From positions 1 through 56,095 of IMG/VR virus record IMGVR_UViG_3300038549_000050: DNA of 56,095 nucleotides. One strand, 5' to 3'. This stretch comes from a virus (lineage: Duplodnaviria; Caudoviricetes). The position numbers and the translations under genes are program-made. The notes under the pieces are model-generated. The model was not told where the DNA came from and ran no database searches. It was given only the letters and a program-made list of their open reading frames with translations. Positions 1-8,510 of the stretch are shown here, piece by piece (positions within the stretch are counted from its first letter, which is position 1; each line of letters opens with the position of its first letter).

Positions 1-214
1 AGCTCAGGTTGGCGGAGCGCAGGTTGGCGGAGCGCAGGTCGGCGGAGCGCAGGTCGGCGGAGCTCAGGTCGGCGGAGCTCAGGTCGGCGGAGCTTTTTAA
101 TGCCAACCTTATAGCCATGCCAAGTTTTAGGCTATAAGATGCGTTATCATCACATTCGATGTCGCATTCAAATGCAACTTCTCCAGAAAATCTGTTTTTT
201 ATTCGAAATTTCAT
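1..214 (-). CDS. Pentapeptide-repeat protein (3' end runs off window)
   Basis: Manual translation from ATG at 214: MKFRIKNRFSGEVAFECDIE...LKSSADLSSADLSSADLRSADLRSANLRSANLS; A(D/N)LxS pentapeptides encoded by 15-bp tandem repeats at 1-92. Confidence 0.85.
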   Translation of the reverse strand, partial: MKFRIKNRFSGEVAFECDIECDDNASYSLKLGMAIRLALKSSADLSSADLSSADLRSADLRSANLRSANLS

Positions 215-419
215 TTGTGTTTCCTTTCAATAGGCTTGGTGGAGCCGCGCACCGAGATTTGCAGCGGGTGTGTGGCGGGCCGCTTGGGAGCGAGATCTAA
301 ACCCCCCGGCGCGCGACTCCTCGAAGCCTACCTTAGAAAAATAAAGTATGCGTATGCACAGAGGGCGACGAAATCGATGATGCAGACGATCGACCAAGCG
401 ACGTTGCCAGCAGCGCGGT

Positions 420-638
420 TCATGACGTCGACTGCTGTTTGATAGCGTCGTACAGTTCTGCCAGTGCCTGATGGCGGTTGATGTCGTAGGACCAGTGACG
501 CGTCTTGCCGCGCCGCCGCTCACCGACGAGCGAATGGGCGACGATTTTGCGGATCTGCGCTGGCGTCAGATCGAGACACCGGCTGTAGGACGGGCAGAGC
601 TTGTGGAACTGGCCGAGGATATCGATTGGGCGTGTCAT
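420..638 (-). CDS. Small conserved alphaproteobacterial hypothetical protein (ERRRG..HWSYDINRH motif)
   Basis: 72-aa ORF with purine-rich RBS (AGGAGAGAGA); motif resembles a known Rhizobiales hypothetical family. Confidence 0.6.
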   Translation of the reverse strand: MTRPIDILGQFHKLCPSYSRCLDLTPAQIRKIVAHSLVGERRRGKTRHWSYDINRHQALAELYDAIKQQSTS

Positions 639-660
639 CTCTCTCTCCTAGTTTAATATC

Positions 661-688
661 GGAGCCAGACTCTTTACCCTCTGGCTCC
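661..688. terminator. Intergenic hairpin GGAGCCAGA-N10-TCTGGCTCC
   Basis: 9-bp inverted repeat between two leftward genes; no clear U-tract. Confidence 0.4.
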
Positions 689-718
689 GGGATGCTGACA
701 TAGTGAACGCAAGTTTAT

Positions 719-1057
719 TTAGCCGGAGCCGGCGCCATCGCCGTAGCCGGAGCCGGAGCCGTAGCCGACGCCGGAGCCATCGCCGGCGCCATCGCCGTAG
801 CCGGAGCCGTAGCCGACGCCGGAGCCATCGCCGTAGCCGTAGCCATCGCCGTAGCCGGAGCCGGAGCCATCGCCGGAGCCGTAGCCGTAGCCGTAGCCAT
901 CGCCGTCGCCGGAGCCGGAGCCATCGCCGGAGCCGGCGCCATCGCCGTAGCCGGAGCCGTAGCCGACGCCGGAGCCATCGCCGGAGCCATCGCCGTAGCC
1001 GGAGCCGACGCCGGAGCCATCGCCGGAGCCGGAGCCGGAGCCATTATTTCGATTCAT
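719..1057 (-). CDS. Gly-X low-complexity repeat protein (GSGYGDG)
   Basis: ATG at 1057 preceded by GAGG; ~100 aa of G-S/G-Y/G-D/G-V dipeptides; overlaps the end of the upstream gene. Confidence 0.7.
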   Translation of the reverse strand: MNRNNGSGSGSGDGSGVGSGYGDGSGDGSGVGYGSGYGDGAGSGDGSGSGDGDGYGYGYGSGDGSGSGYGDGYGYGDGSGVGYGSGYGDGAGDGSGVGYGSGSGYGDGAGSG

Positions 1058-1352
1058 TTGTCGCGGCCTCAATGGAGGCAATAGCTGCCTCAGTTGCGGG
1101 GGTAAACTCGATGGCATCCTCGACGAAGTGCACAGGTATATTTATGTGCACCTGTGATTTGTTGGTATTGATGCCATTGATGGCGACTTCAGAGAGCGAG
1201 CGCGCACCGTACCAATAGCGGATACGGCGAGCATCCCGTAGAACGCAGCGGCTGAACTTCCCGCCATTCTCTACGCTTTCGACAGTCCCGAGATGGACGC
1301 CGCTTGCGTAGGTGCGGACAATGCACCGCTTTCCAACTGCACCATGTGTCAT
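1044..1352 (-). CDS. Phage protein, DUF6948-like
   Basis: CIVRTYASGVHLG...ARRIRYWYGARSLSEVA motif; this type of gene is typically adjacent to GDGYG-repeat genes. Confidence 0.7.
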   Translation of the reverse strand: MTHGAVGKRCIVRTYASGVHLGTVESVENGGKFSRCVLRDARRIRYWYGARSLSEVAINGINTNKSQVHINIPVHFVEDAIEFTPATEAAIASIEAATNESK

Positions 1353-1377
1353 TTGAGTTTCCTTTCTTTGGTTGAAA

Positions 1378-1554
1378 TCAGTCGCCGCTGGCAAACGCTC
1401 CGTTCCAACAGTCGATTGGAGGGTTATTCCTGACGTTGACGCAGCCGAGTTCGTACCCTTTGGACTGCAGCGCCGAATGATGCGGGATATTGATCCCGTG
1501 AGCCTGGCAGGCTGAGAGCGCCATGGCGATGGCGATGATGGAGGCGATGCGCAT
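1378..1554 (-). CDS. Small lipoprotein (58 aa)
   Basis: Manual translation MRIASIIAIAMALSAC-QAHG...; signal peptide with LSAC lipobox and two more Cys; below the ORF-track cutoff. Confidence 0.65.
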   Translation of the reverse strand: MRIASIIAIAMALSACQAHGINIPHHSALQSKGYELGCVNVRNNPPIDCWNGAFASGD

Positions 1555-1588
1555 TGATGTTCTCTCTGTTGCCCGTTGGAAAGGCCGG

Positions 1589-2146
1589 CTAAGAAACAGG
1601 CTTTACTTCCGGGTGCCGACTGTATCCGTCTTTGAGTTTCATATCGTCTATGCTTTTGACATGAAATGTGCCGCTCAGAAGTTCATTGACCGTCTTGTGC
1701 AATTGATCGCGTAAGCCGTCTTTCAGACCGCCAGTGATGTTGACGACGTGTTGTTTCATTGCGTCTTTGAAATCAGCAGCGACGAGCTGCATCATCAGCC
1801 ATTCGGCGCGTGTTGTGCCTTCCGAGTAAGTCGTTTCCTTGCCGTTACGATCAACTTTTGCATTCCAATAGTTTCCAATGAGCCTCTCCAGCTCCTTGCT
1901 GATCGTCGTCGGGTTGTCTTCGCGTTGACCCCATGAATTAACTTTACAATACTCACGTTCAAAACTGTTGCGAATGGCGTCGTCGATGGCCCCCTTGATT
2001 TGCGCATCGGCGTGTGTTTTGAAGTGAAAGTCTATCCGCCTTTTGACTTCACTGTTTATTTGTTCGGAAAGATTTTCCTCGTTAATGAAATCGGATGCAA
2101 CTTTTTCGACGATTGCATCCTCAATGCGCTCTTTGTTGATTTCCAT
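1589..2146 (-). CDS. Hypothetical phage protein (first gene of the leftward operon)
   Basis: Long ORF; AAGGAAAG RBS before ATG 2146. Confidence 0.7.
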   Translation of the reverse strand: MEINKERIEDAIVEKVASDFINEENLSEQINSEVKRRIDFHFKTHADAQIKGAIDDAIRNSFEREYCKVNSWGQREDNPTTISKELERLIGNYWNAKVDRNGKETTYSEGTTRAEWLMMQLVAADFKDAMKQHVVNITGGLKDGLRDQLHKTVNELLSGTFHVKSIDDMKLKDGYSRHPEVKPVS

Positions 2147-2274
2147 TTCAGCTTTCCTTCGGCGTTTGGCATTGGAGATGCCGGCTAAGGGGGTAACCGG
2201 CATCTCTTAGGGGGACTACAGCCAGCCTCGGCGGTGATTGGGTGAGTGGAGCCCGTCGCTGCTGACGAGATGGT

Positions 2275-2345
2275 TATTGCATATTTCCAATATCGACGCA
2301 AGCGCTATTTTTGGTGTTGACATTATTGCCAATTCCCAATATCAC
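2275..2345. promoter_or_regulatory. Divergent promoters with two TATTG-N8-CAATA operators
   Basis: Operators at 2275-2292 and 2324-2341; rightward TTGACA(2317)-17 bp-TATCAC; leftward TTGCGT-17 bp-AATAAC; each operator overlaps a promoter spacer and -10. Confidence 0.7.
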
Positions 2346-2352
2346 CTTGCCC

Positions 2353-2574
2353 ATGGATGATCAAGACTTTAAGAAGTGCGTCGAGGCGTTCCTCACCCGA
2401 CACTCAATGGCTCCGTCGAGATTCGGAGTTCTAGCGATCGGTGACAGCGCATTCGTCCTCAGGCTGCGCAACGAAAAACGCAGCCCGCGGTTAAAGACGG
2501 TATCGAGGATCTTGAAGTTCATGGCTGAGTATGAGTGTAAGCGTTGCGTTCAGCGTTGTGGATTTCCTCCCTAA
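2353..2574 (+). CDS. Cro-like HTH regulator
   Basis: FLTRHSMAPSRFGVLAIGDSAFVLRLR..RSPRLKT motif typical of alphaproteobacterial Cro-like proteins; first rightward gene. Confidence 0.75.
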   Translation: MDDQDFKKCVEAFLTRHSMAPSRFGVLAIGDSAFVLRLRNEKRSPRLKTVSRILKFMAEYECKRCVQRCGFPP

Positions 2575-2624
2575 AACTGGCGGGCAGGTCTCGCGTCCCG
2601 CCTTTTTCGCCACGAGAGAAAACA

Positions 2625-3137
2625 ATGGCTGAGGTCAAGCTCTGGACCGACGACGAAGACAAGCTGTTGGCTGAGATGTACGAGAAGGGTCTCAGCGCGT
2701 CTCAGATCGCGAAGAAAATTCCAGGCCGCAGCAGCCGGAATGCCATCATTGGACGCATCCATAGACTCAAGCTGCCGCCGAGAGCGCCGCGGCCGGTGAC
2801 CGGAAAGCGAGATGGCCTCATTGCTCGCCCGTCACGGTCTTTCCGCCAGCCTCAGCTCAGCAAAGAAGCGACGCGCATTCTTCGCGAACTCGCCGCGCAG
2901 ATGAAGGAAACGGCAACTGTGGTTGAGAAGCCAGATGTCGCTGGACCGGTGGGCGGTGTTGCTCTTCTCGACTTGACACCGTCATCTTGCCGCTGGCCGA
3001 TCAACTCGCCGCCGCGCTTCGGCGAATTTCGCTTCTGCGGCGCCCATCGAGCTGAAGGTAGGCCTTACTGTCAACGCCACGCAGATATCGCCTATACGCC
3101 CTTACATGGACGTAAACGCCGGGAAATGGCGGCATGA
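2625..3137 (+). CDS. gcrA: GcrA cell-cycle regulator homolog
   Basis: WTDDE...GLSASQIA...SRNAIIGRIHRL N-terminus; LLDL...CRWP...FCG...PYC..H C-terminus. Confidence 0.9.
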   Translation: MAEVKLWTDDEDKLLAEMYEKGLSASQIAKKIPGRSSRNAIIGRIHRLKLPPRAPRPVTGKRDGLIARPSRSFRQPQLSKEATRILRELAAQMKETATVVEKPDVAGPVGGVALLDLTPSSCRWPINSPPRFGEFRFCGAHRAEGRPYCQRHADIAYTPLHGRKRREMAA

Positions 3138-3286
3138 ACTCGCTTAAGATCCGCATGGCGGCAAAACTCTGGCGCGACGGTAAGGGCACGCTTGAGATCG
3201 CCAATTATCTCGCGGTAAAGGAAAGCGTGATTTATAATTATATCGAAATCATAAGGGCAGAAGCCAGGAGAGACAATGGCCGATAA
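3134..3286 (+). CDS. Small HTH-like protein (50 aa)
   Basis: Manual translation MNSLKIRMAAKLWRDGKGTLEIANYLAVKESVIYNYI; ATGA overlap with gcrA. Confidence 0.55.
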   Translation: MNSLKIRMAAKLWRDGKGTLEIANYLAVKESVIYNYIEIIRAEARRDNGR

Positions 3287-3551
3287 ATCCAAGATCGAAT
3301 GGCAGCCGATAGAAACCGCCCCGCGAGACGGCACCAGCGTCATTCTGGCGGTCACTGGCGGCAAAAATGGCCCAGTCGTCGGTGAAGCAAGATGGTGGGA
3401 GGAGTGGGAGGAGCACGGCGGGGATTGGTATTGGGCAGGCAATACGCCCGGCGATTATCACGGCGGGCCAATCAGCGAGATCAATTTCGGCACGCCGAGC
3501 CACTGGATGCCAATGCCCGAACCTCCGATGTCGGAGATAGCCAATGGCTGA
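3276..3551 (+). CDS. DUF551-like phage protein
   Basis: WQPIETAPRDG...PSHWMPMPEPP signature. Confidence 0.8.
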   Translation: MADKSKIEWQPIETAPRDGTSVILAVTGGKNGPVVGEARWWEEWEEHGGDWYWAGNTPGDYHGGPISEINFGTPSHWMPMPEPPMSEIANG

Positions 3552-3822
3552 TGCAGGTGCGACAATCATAGACGCTCTCAATGTGATGCCGACAGCATGG
3601 GCCCGAACTCTGATGGAGGTAGTAGCATCGGAGGGCAACAACACAGAAAAGTGCCTTCACCACCTTCAAGGGCTAACCGTTGCCGTTGCCGCGCTAACTG
3701 GCGTGCCGTGGGAGAAGCTGGCGGATGGCTTGGCGGCTCACATTGAGAATTTCAATTCTCACCTCGCAAATGCCAAGCTGGAGGCACCCGATGAGCATCT
3801 GGAGAGACGCTGCCGGCAATGA
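3544..3822 (+). CDS. Hypothetical protein
   Basis: ORF coupled to the previous gene, GGAG RBS. Confidence 0.55.
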   Translation: MADAGATIIDALNVMPTAWARTLMEVVASEGNNTEKCLHHLQGLTVAVAALTGVPWEKLADGLAAHIENFNSHLANAKLEAPDEHLERRCRQ

Positions 3823-3994
3823 GGTCGTGGTTTGCGACATGTGCGGCATCACCGAAACTGGCTGGTTCATTCATGACGCGACGGGTTTCACCAAAGTCGA
3901 CCTGACGGCAGAGATGCTTAAGGCCGGATTCCCAAAAGGCACTGAACTTCAGTGCTGTGATACATGTCCGAGCTGCGCGGGAAAAACCAGATGA
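3791..3994 (+). CDS. Small Cys-rich (zinc-binding) hypothetical protein
   Basis: CDMC...CCDTCPSC; GGAGG RBS before ATG 3791. Confidence 0.55.
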   Translation: MSIWRDAAGNEVVVCDMCGITETGWFIHDATGFTKVDLTAEMLKAGFPKGTELQCCDTCPSCAGKTR

Positions 3995-4173
3995 CCAAGC
4001 CTATAGACATAGGCGGCCACTACAAGATCACCACCACATCTGACGGTAAGACGCGGATTGTCGCGGATGAAAACTCACGGATGAAGAAGCTTGACGTCAG
4101 CACTCGTATCAAGATGAAGAAATCGAAGCGCATTCGGTACAAGCCGGCTAAATCTGTTAACAGGCCGATTTAG
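3991..4173 (+). CDS. Small basic hypothetical protein
   Basis: ATGA overlap; Lys/Arg-rich. Confidence 0.5.
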   Translation: MTKPIDIGGHYKITTTSDGKTRIVADENSRMKKLDVSTRIKMKKSKRIRYKPAKSVNRPI

Positions 4174-4281
4174 TGGATACTTGATTTTACCTATTGACAC
4201 GGTTATAGTGGATGCGGCCGGCGGAGGGAATGCGTCCCTCTGCGCCGCGCCTCAACATCAAACGCAAGGGAGTTGCGTTCC

Positions 4282-4986
4282 GTGTCTGACAACAATCTAC
4301 CTGTTTCTACCACCAAAGGCAAGCCTGTCCTTCTCCAACATGACGGCAAAATTCTCGCCGACAGCCGGGAGATCGCACTGCATTTCGAGAAGCGCCACGA
4401 TCACGTTTTGGCAAGTATCGATGCCTTGATTTCCCATTCCCCAATTCTCGGGGATGGGACTTTCATTGAAAACAAGGTGCCGCATCCGGTTATATCAGGC
4501 CGAATGGACCGGTTCTTTGAAATGAATCGCGACGGCTTCTCACTTCTCGCTATGGGGTTCACAGGATCCAGGGCTTTGAAGTGGAAGATTGATTACATCA
4601 CGGCCTTCAATCTTATGGAAGACGCTTTCAGGAAGGTCCCTGATAAGACTCCATACGCCTGGATGCGCGCTGTGGTCGACGACATGGAAGCGCAGGATAA
4701 ACGCCTGTTCAGCGTCGAGAAGTCAGTGGAGCGTATTGAGAAAGTCGTCGACAACCTCGGCGGACATGAAGATTTCATGTCAATCAAGCGTTATGCTGCC
4801 CATAAAGGACTTCGTCTATCTACGGCCAAATCGTCAGAGCTCGGGCGTCTGGCAACAAAACTAACGCGGCAGCGCAAAATGAAAATGGGCACCCAGCCCG
4901 ACGAAACATATGATCATGTCAATACCTATCACCGCGATATTCTCGCAGAGGTTTTTGAACCGCTCTTGAGGGAAACAAAGCCGTGA
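4282..4986 (+). CDS. rha: Rha-family phage regulatory protein
   Basis: DSREIALHFEKRHDHVL...MNRDGFSLLAMGFTG..ALKWKIDYITAFNLME; GGGAG RBS before GTG 4282. Confidence 0.9.
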   Translation: MSDNNLPVSTTKGKPVLLQHDGKILADSREIALHFEKRHDHVLASIDALISHSPILGDGTFIENKVPHPVISGRMDRFFEMNRDGFSLLAMGFTGSRALKWKIDYITAFNLMEDAFRKVPDKTPYAWMRAVVDDMEAQDKRLFSVEKSVERIEKVVDNLGGHEDFMSIKRYAAHKGLRLSTAKSSELGRLATKLTRQRKMKMGTQPDETYDHVNTYHRDILAEVFEPLLRETKP

Positions 4987-5175
4987 GGTTTCTTGGTCTT
5001 ACCGATGGTGTCGGTACTGCCGACGGTATCCTTTGCGGAACTACCGCAGCCGTCCAGACAAAGAAAAAGGCCTGTCAAGCAAAAACCTGACAGGCCGTGT
5101 GGCTCCCTTGCCATATGCCGATTGCCCGAAAGCCGATATAGTGAGCGCGTTTACTTAACCAGGAGATAATATCTC

Positions 5176-6183
5176 ATGCTGAAGAAAAGCGCAATTTCGA
5201 TTCTCGCCGTGCTGGCTGGAATTTCGTCGGCGCGTGCGGCTGATCCTTTTGATCGTGGCGGATTGAAAGATACGCCGGCTACCGCTGGAGAGCGCGCCGT
5301 TAGCTGGAGCGGCTTCTACATCGGCGGCCAGATCGGCTATGGCAACGCCAATCATGATCTGACGGTGCAGCGCTATAACGGCGCGTATTGCTGGGATCAG
5401 TTCGGAAATCAACTGTCTAACGACGTCAACAGCACGAAATTGGATGATTCTACGGCGCTCACTGATGGGTTGAATTTTAATTTCGGCCCTGACAGCTTCA
5501 TTAAAAGCAACAGCGGCGCAACGAATGATGGAGATCCAGTTGGCGGCCTTGTGTATGGTCGCAATGATGATGGCGACTGCACGGATACAATTTCAAATCA
5601 AACACCGGCCGTAAACGATTCAATTGCTGTCGATCCATCCAGCCGCAACATCGCCAATCTCGACGGTCTGAACAGCCACGGCATCATCGGCGGCGTCCAG
5701 GTCGGCGCTGATTACCAGATGGGCCGATTTGTCGCCGGCGTCTTTGGCTCCTACAATCTATCGGCCATGAAAAGCGAGGGCAGCCTCGCCGATTTCGACG
5801 CCGGCTTCGAGGTCGAGAAGGGCGATGAATGGTCGCTCGGTGGCCGCGTCGGCTTCCTCGCCACGCCGCGCACCATGGTCTATGCTTTGGCCGCTTATAC
5901 GCAGACCGAATATGATTTCAGCGGCTATATCGGCACTGATGTCGGCAAGAAGACGGTCGATTTCGACGGAGTTACGGTCGGCGGCGGCATCGAAGTCGCT
6001 CTGACCAACAATGTCTTCCTAGGTGCCGAATACACGCATACGTTCTACGGCGAGGAGACGATTTTTGATACCGGCGCGTCCGATGTCGGCGGCTTCGGCC
6101 ATCGCGTGATCGACGACCTCGACGAAGACAAGATCATGGCCACGCTGAAGGTCAAGCTCAACGGCGGCCTCCTGGGCGACTAA
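5176..6183 (+). CDS. Outer-membrane beta-barrel protein, Omp25/RopB-like, with a large inserted loop
   Basis: Sec signal ending ARA-AD; GGLKD; SWSGFYIGGQIGYG; GGVQVGADYQMG; GGRVGF; GGGIEVAL...LGAEYTH. Confidence 0.85.
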   Translation: MLKKSAISILAVLAGISSARAADPFDRGGLKDTPATAGERAVSWSGFYIGGQIGYGNANHDLTVQRYNGAYCWDQFGNQLSNDVNSTKLDDSTALTDGLNFNFGPDSFIKSNSGATNDGDPVGGLVYGRNDDGDCTDTISNQTPAVNDSIAVDPSSRNIANLDGLNSHGIIGGVQVGADYQMGRFVAGVFGSYNLSAMKSEGSLADFDAGFEVEKGDEWSLGGRVGFLATPRTMVYALAAYTQTEYDFSGYIGTDVGKKTVDFDGVTVGGGIEVALTNNVFLGAEYTHTFYGEETIFDTGASDVGGFGHRVIDDLDEDKIMATLKVKLNGGLLGD

Positions 6184-6185
6184 TC

Positions 6186-6323
6186 ATGTTCACCATGTCA
6201 ATCATCGGCATCATCTGTACGGCGTTATTCATTCTGGTGGCTGGCATGACTTTCGGCTATTGGCTCGGTTATGAGTCCGCAATGGACGACATGAGCAAGT
6301 ATCCGATGTCCGATGATGACTGA
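6186..6323 (+). CDS. Small single-pass membrane protein (45 aa)
   Basis: Manual translation MFTMSIIGIICTALFILVAGMTFGYWLG... Confidence 0.5.
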   Translation: MFTMSIIGIICTALFILVAGMTFGYWLGYESAMDDMSKYPMSDDD

Positions 6324-6339
6324 GTGATTTAAAAACCAA

Positions 6340-6370
6340 AGAGCCGGAACGGGGGAAGACGTTCCGGCTC
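6340..6370. terminator. Strong hairpin GAGCCGGAACG...CGTTCCGGCTC
   Basis: 11-bp inverted repeat after the Omp operon. Confidence 0.55.
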
Positions 6371-6439
6371 CAAATATCCCCGCAGACGTGCCAATGCCCT
6401 GCACTGTAGTCAATATCTCACATTAGCGGGGCCAAGTCA

Positions 6440-7801
6440 ATGATGTGGTTTACCAGGATAACCGGCGGCATCCTATGGCTCGCCGCCATCGCGCTGACGA
6501 TCGCGCTCGTCTATGAGTTCACCAGTTCCGAGACTGCCAACAGCGTGGTGACGGGCATTGCCGGCCTCGCTATCGCCATTTCTGCGATCGGGCTGGCATT
6601 CGCGCGCTACGCCTGGCAGCGTCGGGCCTATCCAGAGATCGCCCTTGGCGTCGCCATGTGGCTGGCCGGCTTCGTCTGCCTCTCCTTCATTGAGGTCAGC
6701 TATTGGGTCAGTTCCTATCAGGAGCGCTACGCCCAATATCTGCAGGACAAGAAGGCAAGAGAAAGGCATGAAGTCAAGAGCGACCGTGCCTGGAATGCGC
6801 TGATGAGCGGCGACATGCCAGCGACGTCCGCGCAGCTCGCCGCCCAGATCGAAGCTAAGAAACTGGAATATCCGATTGTCCGTTCGGCTATGTGCGCCCA
6901 GATCACGAGGGGAGACAGCCGCCAGGCGTGCCAGGAGCTGTTCAGCCTGCAGGCGCAGTTCGCCAAGGCCAAAGAGCGTGAGCGCCTTGAAGGCATGAGC
7001 ACTGCGGTCCCGCAAGCTGTCGCCGGCAAACATATCGCCAACAACGTCTTTGCCTTCGCCGAAATCCTCGCCAAATGGCGCGGCGGAGAAGTCCTAGACT
7101 GGGCATACGTCATCATGCTCTGGAACTGGATCTTGCTCACGCTGGTCCGCGACGCCGGGTTTTTGGTGATGAACCCATTGGGGCGCGTTAGGAAGCCCGT
7201 AGCGGCCGAAAGGCCTGAAGCTATACTACCATCGGAGAAAGTAGGACAACGGGCTCCCAGGCCAGCTCTGACGCCACGGGAAGACGTCCTTGCTCTGATG
7301 GCGGGAACCGTCAAACAGAATTTGACAGTTGAACCGACACCAGAGGAAATCACCCCTCCAGACGGAGGCGGAACGAAAGCGCCTGAGCCCCTGCAGGTCC
7401 CAGATGCAGAAAGTAACCCAGTCGTTGCACAGAACGCAACGACTGTGGTCGCCGGCCCGTGGCCAGAAAAGCCGACGCGTAAAGCCAAGTCCGGCCTCAG
7501 GAAGCTTGATGAGCAGCATCAGAGCATCATGGATGCATTCATCGAGTCGCGTTACGTCGAGGATGAGATGACCATCGAATACGGCAAGCGCGTGGCTGGT
7601 GGCATCTCGGCGTCTGATTTCAGACACGAGTATGAGCGGTATTGCAAGGACAGTGGTCATCCCTTCGTGAGGGGATCGCATGCTGGCCGCTATGTCGCCG
7701 CCGCGGGGTTCGAGGCTGTTCTCAATCGTTCGAACAACAAACCATATTATCCGCTTACCAAAAGAGTTATAATTCCTCAGAAGAAAAGGGCATCGGCCTG
7801 A
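6440..7801 (+). CDS. Multi-pass membrane protein with coiled coil, Pro-rich linker and possible C-terminal winged helix
   Basis: Three N-terminal TM segments, a CxxxxxxxxxxxC pair, a fourth TM segment, then ASDFRHEYERYCKDSG reminiscent of D5/RFX-like wHTH. Confidence 0.65.
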   Translation: MMWFTRITGGILWLAAIALTIALVYEFTSSETANSVVTGIAGLAIAISAIGLAFARYAWQRRAYPEIALGVAMWLAGFVCLSFIEVSYWVSSYQERYAQYLQDKKARERHEVKSDRAWNALMSGDMPATSAQLAAQIEAKKLEYPIVRSAMCAQITRGDSRQACQELFSLQAQFAKAKERERLEGMSTAVPQAVAGKHIANNVFAFAEILAKWRGGEVLDWAYVIMLWNWILLTLVRDAGFLVMNPLGRVRKPVAAERPEAILPSEKVGQRAPRPALTPREDVLALMAGTVKQNLTVEPTPEEITPPDGGGTKAPEPLQVPDAESNPVVAQNATTVVAGPWPEKPTRKAKSGLRKLDEQHQSIMDAFIESRYVEDEMTIEYGKRVAGGISASDFRHEYERYCKDSGHPFVRGSHAGRYVAAAGFEAVLNRSNNKPYYPLTKRVIIPQKKRASA

Positions 7802-7926
7802 TCGCCGTTGACGCCAAAAGCCCAATGTGGCACAAATGAGAACGGGACCTGGCAGGGTCCCGTTTCTTGAATTCAGTTGCGTTGTTCGGTCGTTTCAATC
7901 CACGCCACACAAAAGGCGACTTCATC

Positions 7927-8238
7927 ATGAACATTACCCCCACCTTCCATACCCGTCAAGCGGTTTTGACTGCGCCGATCTTCGACGCTACGCCGCCGCT
8001 CCCGGAAGACGAGCCTTTCCTTCTTTCCGAGGACGACATTGTCGCTTCCACAGGGGAGGCCTGCGAGTTTCAGCGCAAGCTCGACGCTTCGCCCTATCTC
8101 CAGATCACCGGAGATCTCTCCATGGATGCAGTCGCTGCGTGCCATTGGGTGGTGGAGGCACGCAAGATCATTGGCGATCAGGGCATCCGCCAGTTGCTCG
8201 ACAATATCTCCTGGAACGAGGAGAAGATTAATGTCTGA
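7927..8238 (+). CDS. Hypothetical protein
   Basis: Acidic ~103-aa ORF. Confidence 0.5.
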   Translation: MNITPTFHTRQAVLTAPIFDATPPLPEDEPFLLSEDDIVASTGEACEFQRKLDASPYLQITGDLSMDAVAACHWVVEARKIIGDQGIRQLLDNISWNEEKINV

Positions 8239-8252
8239 CCGTAGGCGGCTTC

Positions 8253-8480
8253 TCAGGAGCGTTCGGTGGATTTCGTGATAACCATCTTGCGGGTAACTCC
8301 TGACCCGACAATTTTTCGCTTGATCGCACCCATCTTCTCCAGGGCGTCAATCGTGCGCATTTCTATACCAAGACGGGGGCGCCAACCATTACCGTAAATC
8401 TTGGCGTAAATATGCAGGGGGCCTCGCTCAAGCTCTTCCATGACGCGAGCCTGCGCGAATGACATTTTTTTCTGCGGCAT
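8253..8480 (-). CDS. Left-array cassette 8: small basic hypothetical protein
   Basis: GGAGG RBS; ends within junction motif (KSTERS*). Confidence 0.65.
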   Translation of the reverse strand: MPQKKMSFAQARVMEELERGPLHIYAKIYGNGWRPRLGIEMRTIDALEKMGAIKRKIVGSGVTRKMVITKSTERS

Positions 8481-8510
8481 AGCGCCCTCCGGGCGTTAGG
8501 TGGATAAGAT

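Noticed and set aside
703-1218. Arg/Ser/His-rich 171-aa + strand ORF and Ala/Pro-rich 715-1044 ORF
   Set aside because: Shadow frames of the GGCNNN repeat; the Gly frame has the RBS and matches operon direction.
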